Shown: positions 58,136-64,000 of the stretch, in pieces
How the letters are laid out: the number at the start of each line of letters is the position of its first letter
Position numbering within the stretch: the first letter of the stretch is position 1
Origin: Gemmatimonadota bacterium
Lineage (GTDB): Bacteria > Gemmatimonadota > Gemmatimonadetes > Palauibacterales > Palauibacteraceae
Reading direction: 5' to 3'
NCBI GenBank assembly: GCA_965116475.1
Contig: OZ220691.1
Coordinates: 2,496,001-2,560,000, forward strand
Length of the DNA stretch: 64,000 bases
Notes under the pieces: generated by a model
The model's database searches: none
What the model was told of the DNA's origin: nothing
What the model saw: the letters and a program-made list of their open reading frames with translations, nothing else
Made by a program: the position numbers and the translations under genes

Positions 58136-59514
58136 AGCACGTCCTGCCCGTCTCCTGGACGGAGGCCGGCGGGCGCGGGCGCGTCGGCGGGGTGGCCCTG
58201 ATGGAACTCGCCGCCCGCTTCGGGACGCCGCTGGTCGTCGTCGACGAAGGCCACGTCGAGGACCGACTCGCCCGCTTTCGCGCCGCCTTCGGACCCGATG
58301 CCGCGCTGACGTACGCCGGCAAGGCCTTCCTGTGCGGGGCCCTGGTGCGGCTCCTGGCCCGGGAGGGCTGGCTCGTGGATGTCGTCTCCGGCGGGGAACT
58401 CGAACTCGTGCGGCGGGCCGGGTTCCCGCTGCGCGACGTCATCCTGCACGGGAACGCAAAGTCGGCCGCCGAACTGGAACGGGCCATCGAGTACGGCGTG
58501 GGTCGGATCGTCATCGACCATCCGGACGAGATCGCCGATCTGCGGCGAGCCGCGGGCGCGGTCGGGTCCGGCCATCGTCCCGATGTGCTCCTGCGGCTGA
58601 ACGTGGACCTGACGCCGGAGACGCACGAGAAGGTTCGGACCGTGGGGCCGGGCACGCATTTCGGGATGTCGCCGTCGGTTGCGGCGTCCGTGGCGCGGCG
58701 CATCGCGGGCGCGGGGGAGTGGCGCCTGACCGGCGTCCACATCCACGCGGGCAGCCAGATTCGGGATCCCGCGCTCTTCTCCCGCGTCGCCGAGGCGGCG
58801 GTGGATTTCGCGGCGCCGCTACGGCTGTGTTTCTCCGGGACGGTCGACCTGGACCTCGGGGGAGGGCTCGCGGCGCCGTACCGCGCCGGGGAAGAGGTGC
58901 CCTCGCCCCGGGAGTATGCCGAGGCGCTGGAGGCCGGCCTGCGCCGGTCCGGCGCGGAGGCGCGGCTGGGGGCGTACCGGCTCATCGTCGAACCGGGACG
59001 GTCGGTGATCGCGAACGCCGGCCTCACCCTCTACACGGTTCACGCGCGCAAACGTCTCGATGGGGCCGGGGAGGCGCTGGCCGTGGACGGCGGGCTGTCC
59101 GACAACCCGCGCCCGTCGCTCTACGGAGCGAGCTACGAGGTGCTCAACGCGTCGCGCGCGCGCGGCGAGGCCGGGCGGTCGTTTCGCGTCGTGGGGAGGC
59201 ACTGCGAGTCGGGCGACGTGATCGCGCCGGCGGCGACGCTGCCCGGCGACACGGCCGTGGGCGACGTGCTCGCCGTCCCGGGCACGGGCGCCTACGTGTT
59301 CGCGATGTCGAGCCGGTACAACGGGGTCGGACGCCCCGCCGTGGTCTTCGTGCGGGACGGCGAGGCGCGGGAGGTGGTGCGCCGCGAAACGGACGACGAT
59401 CTCCTGGCGTGCGACCTCACGCTCGGCAGCCCGGCGCCGGCCCGCGACGCCCGGCAGTCTGCGGCCAAGCCCTGCGTCAGCGCCGCCGCAGTTCGGCCGT
59501 CGCGAGCACGCTGA
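58132..59514 (+). CDS. lysA: Diaminopimelate decarboxylase
   Basis: GTG overlaps the upstream stop; FGTPL, YAGKAF (PLP Lys), HAGSQ, EPGR, HCESGD and GAY. Confidence 0.85.
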   Translation: MKHVLPVSWTEAGGRGRVGGVALMELAARFGTPLVVVDEGHVEDRLARFRAAFGPDAALTYAGKAFLCGALVRLLAREGWLVDVVSGGELELVRRAGFPLRDVILHGNAKSAAELERAIEYGVGRIVIDHPDEIADLRRAAGAVGSGHRPDVLLRLNVDLTPETHEKVRTVGPGTHFGMSPSVAASVARRIAGAGEWRLTGVHIHAGSQIRDPALFSRVAEAAVDFAAPLRLCFSGTVDLDLGGGLAAPYRAGEEVPSPREYAEALEAGLRRSGAEARLGAYRLIVEPGRSVIANAGLTLYTVHARKRLDGAGEALAVDGGLSDNPRPSLYGASYEVLNASRARGEAGRSFRVVGRHCESGDVIAPAATLPGDTAVGDVLAVPGTGAYVFAMSSRYNGVGRPAVVFVRDGEAREVVRRETDDDLLACDLTLGSPAPARDARQSAAKPCVSAAAVRPSRAR

Positions 59515-61339
59515 CGTCGGGGTCGAAGCGCACGCCTTCGGCCCCCGCCGCGCCCGGAATCCGCAGCGTCGCCTGCCGCGCATCGAAGCGCACGCCCGCC
59601 CGGCGGCCATCGGCCGCGCCACCCTCGACCTCGAAGTCGAGATCGAGCGTGAACACCGGCCACTCCGCCGGCTGCACCTGGCGGATCGAGAGCACGAGAT
59701 CTTCCGCCTCCGGGCCCCATTCGATCTCGAGTCTCGGGTGCCCCGGACCGTGGACCCACTGGTCGAAGAACCAGCCCAGTTCGCGGCCCGAGGCGCGCTC
59801 GAACGCCTCCCGCACGTCGCGGGTGAGGGCCACGCCGTGAAGGTGGCCGGCGAAGTAGTCCCGGATCCCGCGGAAGAAGGCCTCGTCCCCGACGTGACGC
59901 CGCAGCATGTGAAGGATCCACGCGCCCTTCTGGTAGTTGTTCCGGTTCAGCAGGTCGAAGAGCTGGTTCGAGCTGGAGTCGGTGATCGCCTGCCCCACGA
60001 CATCCGATCCCACCGCCACCTCGCGACTCGCGCCCATGAGCGCGCGGAAGGCGTCGACCCCGTCCCGGGCCTCGAAATAGAGCGGGCCGAAGTAGCTCGC
60101 GAAGCCCTCGCTGATCCAGAGGTGGTGCCAGGACGCCGGGCTCACCGCATCGCCGAACCACTGGTGCGCGGTCTCGTGGGCGATGACGCCCTCGCCCATG
60201 CGGCGCTCCTCCCATGCTCCCCGCCCATAGAAGATCGCGCTCGAGTTCTCCATGCCCCCGAAGCGGGTCGACGACTCCACATGGGCGAGCTTCTCGTAGG
60301 GATAGGGCCCGATCAGCTCGCTGTAGAAGTCGAGCATGTCCGGCGCGCGCGAGAAGCGCTCCGCCCCGTAGTCGCCATCGCCGGCCAGCGCCCACACGGA
60401 CACGGCGGCGCAGGCCTCCCCGCCTCCCTCGGGGAGAGGCGCGGCCGGCGAGAGGCCGCAGGCCGCCCCGGCGAGGGGGCGACGCTCGAAGCGGGCCATC
60501 CCGACGACCATCGTATAGGAAGGGATCGGCGCGCCGGGATCGGTCTCCCAGGTCCACACCGTCCCGCCCTCCGCCCCCGGGCGCGTCTCCACGAGGCGCC
60601 CGTTGGCGATGACCTCGTATCCCTCCGGCGCCAGTACCTCGAAGCGGGCGGTGGCCTTGTCGAGAGGGTGATCGTTGGAGGGGAACCACCACCGCGCGCG
60701 GTTCGGCCAGTTGTCCGCGAACACGGCTGGCTCGCCGTTGCGATCCTCGCCGAAGAAGAGGCCGTTTTGGGGCGCGCCGCCGTATTCGACGCGGATCTCG
60801 CGCTCGGCCGCCGCCGTGGTCGGTTCGAACGGGCCGACCGTGAGCACCGAGCCGCCGCGACCGAACGCGATGGCCCGGCCGTCCATCGTCACGGATGCCA
60901 CCTCCAGCCCGATGAAGTCGAGGTCCACCCGGTCCGCTCCGGCGGCGAGCTCGCCGCGCAGCGTCGCCACGGCGGCGAACTCGCCGGAGGCGGGCCGCGA
61001 GAGGTCGAGTTCGAGCCGATAGTGCGCGACGTCGAAGCCGGCGCGGTCCGTCGGGTGCCGGAGTTCGATCCCCGGTTCGGGGGCCGCGGAGGCCGCTTCG
61101 AACCTCGGCTGCTCCGCCGGAATCCGGGGCGGGCGCGGGCCTTCCGGGGCCGGCCGACAGGCAGCCGAAAGGCCCGGCAGGAGGCACAGGAGGAGCGCCG
61201 AGCGGGGGAACGGCGACCCCGCGGGTCTTCCGCCGCCTTGCGGAGCGACTTCCCGCTCCCCACCGTGGCGGCGCATGCTTCGTCGGGCGAGGGCCCGGCG
61301 TCTGTCCGATTCCATGGCGAAACGAAGTCCGGTCATCAT
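59477..61339 (-). CDS. M1-family zinc aminopeptidase, probable lipoprotein; start may be 61276
   Basis: GGMEN, HETAHQWFG...WISEGFASY and YQKGAWILHMLR; LSAAC lipobox. Confidence 0.93.
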   Translation of the reverse strand: MMTGLRFAMESDRRRALARRSMRRHGGEREVAPQGGGRPAGSPFPRSALLLCLLPGLSAACRPAPEGPRPPRIPAEQPRFEAASAAPEPGIELRHPTDRAGFDVAHYRLELDLSRPASGEFAAVATLRGELAAGADRVDLDFIGLEVASVTMDGRAIAFGRGGSVLTVGPFEPTTAAAEREIRVEYGGAPQNGLFFGEDRNGEPAVFADNWPNRARWWFPSNDHPLDKATARFEVLAPEGYEVIANGRLVETRPGAEGGTVWTWETDPGAPIPSYTMVVGMARFERRPLAGAACGLSPAAPLPEGGGEACAAVSVWALAGDGDYGAERFSRAPDMLDFYSELIGPYPYEKLAHVESSTRFGGMENSSAIFYGRGAWEERRMGEGVIAHETAHQWFGDAVSPASWHHLWISEGFASYFGPLYFEARDGVDAFRALMGASREVAVGSDVVGQAITDSSSNQLFDLLNRNNYQKGAWILHMLRRHVGDEAFFRGIRDYFAGHLHGVALTRDVREAFERASGRELGWFFDQWVHGPGHPRLEIEWGPEAEDLVLSIRQVQPAEWPVFTLDLDFEVEGGAADGRRAGVRFDARQATLRIPGAAGAEGVRFDPDVSVLATAELRRR

Positions 61340-61414
61340 ACCCGCTCTCGAAAAAATGCCCGCCCGTTCGGCGGTCCGCCCGCTACGCGCCGCGCCTCAT
61401 GAGACTGTACGCCG

Positions 61415-62635
<1,221 letters not shown>

Positions 62636-62771
62636 CAGCGGGGCTTCTGCCACGGGCTGCTGGCTGTCGGGCTTTTCGCCACGGGCTGCCGGCTTTGCCC
62701 CGCTTTCGCCACGCGCGGGGCGGGGCCCATATTCGGCTGTCGGTTCGCTCGGTCCCTACCCGGAGGATTCC

Positions 62772-64000
62772 ATGATGTCTGTCGCTTTCCGCCCCCGCTC
62801 TCCCCGCCACCTGCCGACGCCCCGCGTCGCGCTCGCGGCCCTGCTGCTCCTGGCGCTGCCCCCGGTCGTCGAAGCCCAGCGCACGGCCAAGCCGGTCCTG
62901 CACGGACGGCACTGGATGGCGATCACCGGCAAGCCGCTCGGCGCCACCGCCGGAGCGCGCATGTTCCACCAGGGCGGGAACGCGGTCGACGCGGCCGCCG
63001 CCATGCTCGCCGCGACCTCCACGATGTGGGACGTGCTCTCGTGGGGAGGGGAAACGCAGGCGCTCGTCTATCACCCCGGAGAACAGCGCGTGATCGGCGT
63101 CAACGCGCTCGGCGTGGCTCCGACCGGCGCCACCCCCGAACACTACCGCGCGGAGGGCCACGACAACTTCCCGCCCGAGTTCGGCCCGCTGTCGGCCGTG
63201 ACCCCCGGCACGCCCGGCGGGCTCATGACGATGCTCGCCGAGTGGGGGCGGCTGAGCCTCGCCGATGTGCTGCAGCCCTCGATCGAGATGGCGGACGGGT
63301 ACCCGATCGAAGCGGACGCGGCGCGCCGCATCCGGAATACGGTGGACGAGATTCGGCAGTGGCCGTCGTCCATGGACGTCTACTTCACCCACCCGGATGA
63401 CGCGGAGAACCCGGGCCCGCGGGAGGGCGAGATCTTCCGGCAGCCCGGCCTCAAGCGGACGCTCGAACGCCTCGTGGAGGCCGAGGCCGCGGCGCTGGCG
63501 GGAGGCGCCAGCCGCAGGGAGGCGATCTACGCCGCCTACGACGCCTTCTACCGGGGCGACATCGCGGCGGATTTCGTCGCGGGCGCGCAGGCGGCCGGCG
63601 CGCTCATCACGATGGAGGACATGGCGAACTGGCAGGTCTACCTGGAGGAACCCGTCACCGCCAACTACAAGGGGATCGACGTCTACAAGCTCACGACCTG
63701 GGTCCAGGGCCCCGTCATGCTGCAGGCGCTCAACATGGCCGAGCAGCTCGACCTCCGGGCCATGGGGTACAACAGCGCGAACTATCTCCACGCCCTCTAC
63801 CAAGTGATGAACCTCTCCTTCGCCGATCGCGACTTCTACTACGGGGACCCCTACTTCCCGCCCGCGGAACCGATCGAAGGACTCCTCTCGAAGGACTACG
63901 CGAAGGCCCGGCTCGAGACCATCGACTGGGACCGGAACGACCCGAACGCGGGGCCCGGCGATCCCTATCCCTTCCAGGGTGAGGAGAACCCCTTCGCCGA
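62772..64000 (+). CDS. ggt: Gamma-glutamyltransferase family protein, secreted; 3' end beyond the window
   Basis: GGAGG RBS; signal peptide ...VVEAQ; GGNAVDAAAA, TPGTPGG, FYRGDIA and FADRDFYYGDP. The frame is open to the window end. Confidence 0.9.
   Translation, partial: MMSVAFRPRSPRHLPTPRVALAALLLLALPPVVEAQRTAKPVLHGRHWMAITGKPLGATAGARMFHQGGNAVDAAAAMLAATSTMWDVLSWGGETQALVYHPGEQRVIGVNALGVAPTGATPEHYRAEGHDNFPPEFGPLSAVTPGTPGGLMTMLAEWGRLSLADVLQPSIEMADGYPIEADAARRIRNTVDEIRQWPSSMDVYFTHPDDAENPGPREGEIFRQPGLKRTLERLVEAEAAALAGGASRREAIYAAYDAFYRGDIAADFVAGAQAAGALITMEDMANWQVYLEEPVTANYKGIDVYKLTTWVQGPVMLQALNMAEQLDLRAMGYNSANYLHALYQVMNLSFADRDFYYGDPYFPPAEPIEGLLSKDYAKARLETIDWDRNDPNAGPGDPYPFQGEENPFA

Noticed and set aside
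62641..62716. CRISPR-like mini-array
   Set aside because: The repeats are degenerate and nearly contiguous, without unique spacers, and no cas genes are present.

Overview
High-GC bacterial chromosomal window, mostly housekeeping. The combination of SusC/SusD pairs, high GC and the atp/rRNA style suggests Gemmatimonadota; this is an inference, not a database result. Content in order: dnaK (partial, with a sigma54-type promoter); nupC-type transporter, purine nucleoside phosphorylase and a beta-propeller lipoprotein; katG; deoC with an ALDH16-like aldehyde dehydrogenase; thiD, TrmH, prepilin peptidase and MoxR; a complete F1Fo atp operon preceded by two Rex-type operators; a 23S-5S rRNA unit with its own promoter and no 16S gene; thiE, mltG, ruvX and a V4R protein; pyrimidine nucleoside phosphorylase, class A PBP and tyrS; a 16-kb array of three tandem, mosaic, cysteine-rich SusC/SusD pairs; a small lipoprotein, folK, aroB and an acyl-CoA-ligase homologue with degenerate catalytic motifs; an NYN-LOTUS-LOTUS-disordered-HhH protein overlapping a 3-methyladenine glycosylase; an NhaC-family transporter with lysA; M1 aminopeptidase, DEAD-box helicase and a partial gamma-glutamyltransferase. 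No tRNA, CRISPR array or mobile element was seen. The best novelty candidates are the SusCD array, the NYN/LOTUS/HhH protein with mpg, the unlinked rRNA unit, and the Rex and sigma54 regulatory sites. All calls were made by eye from motifs; no searches were run.
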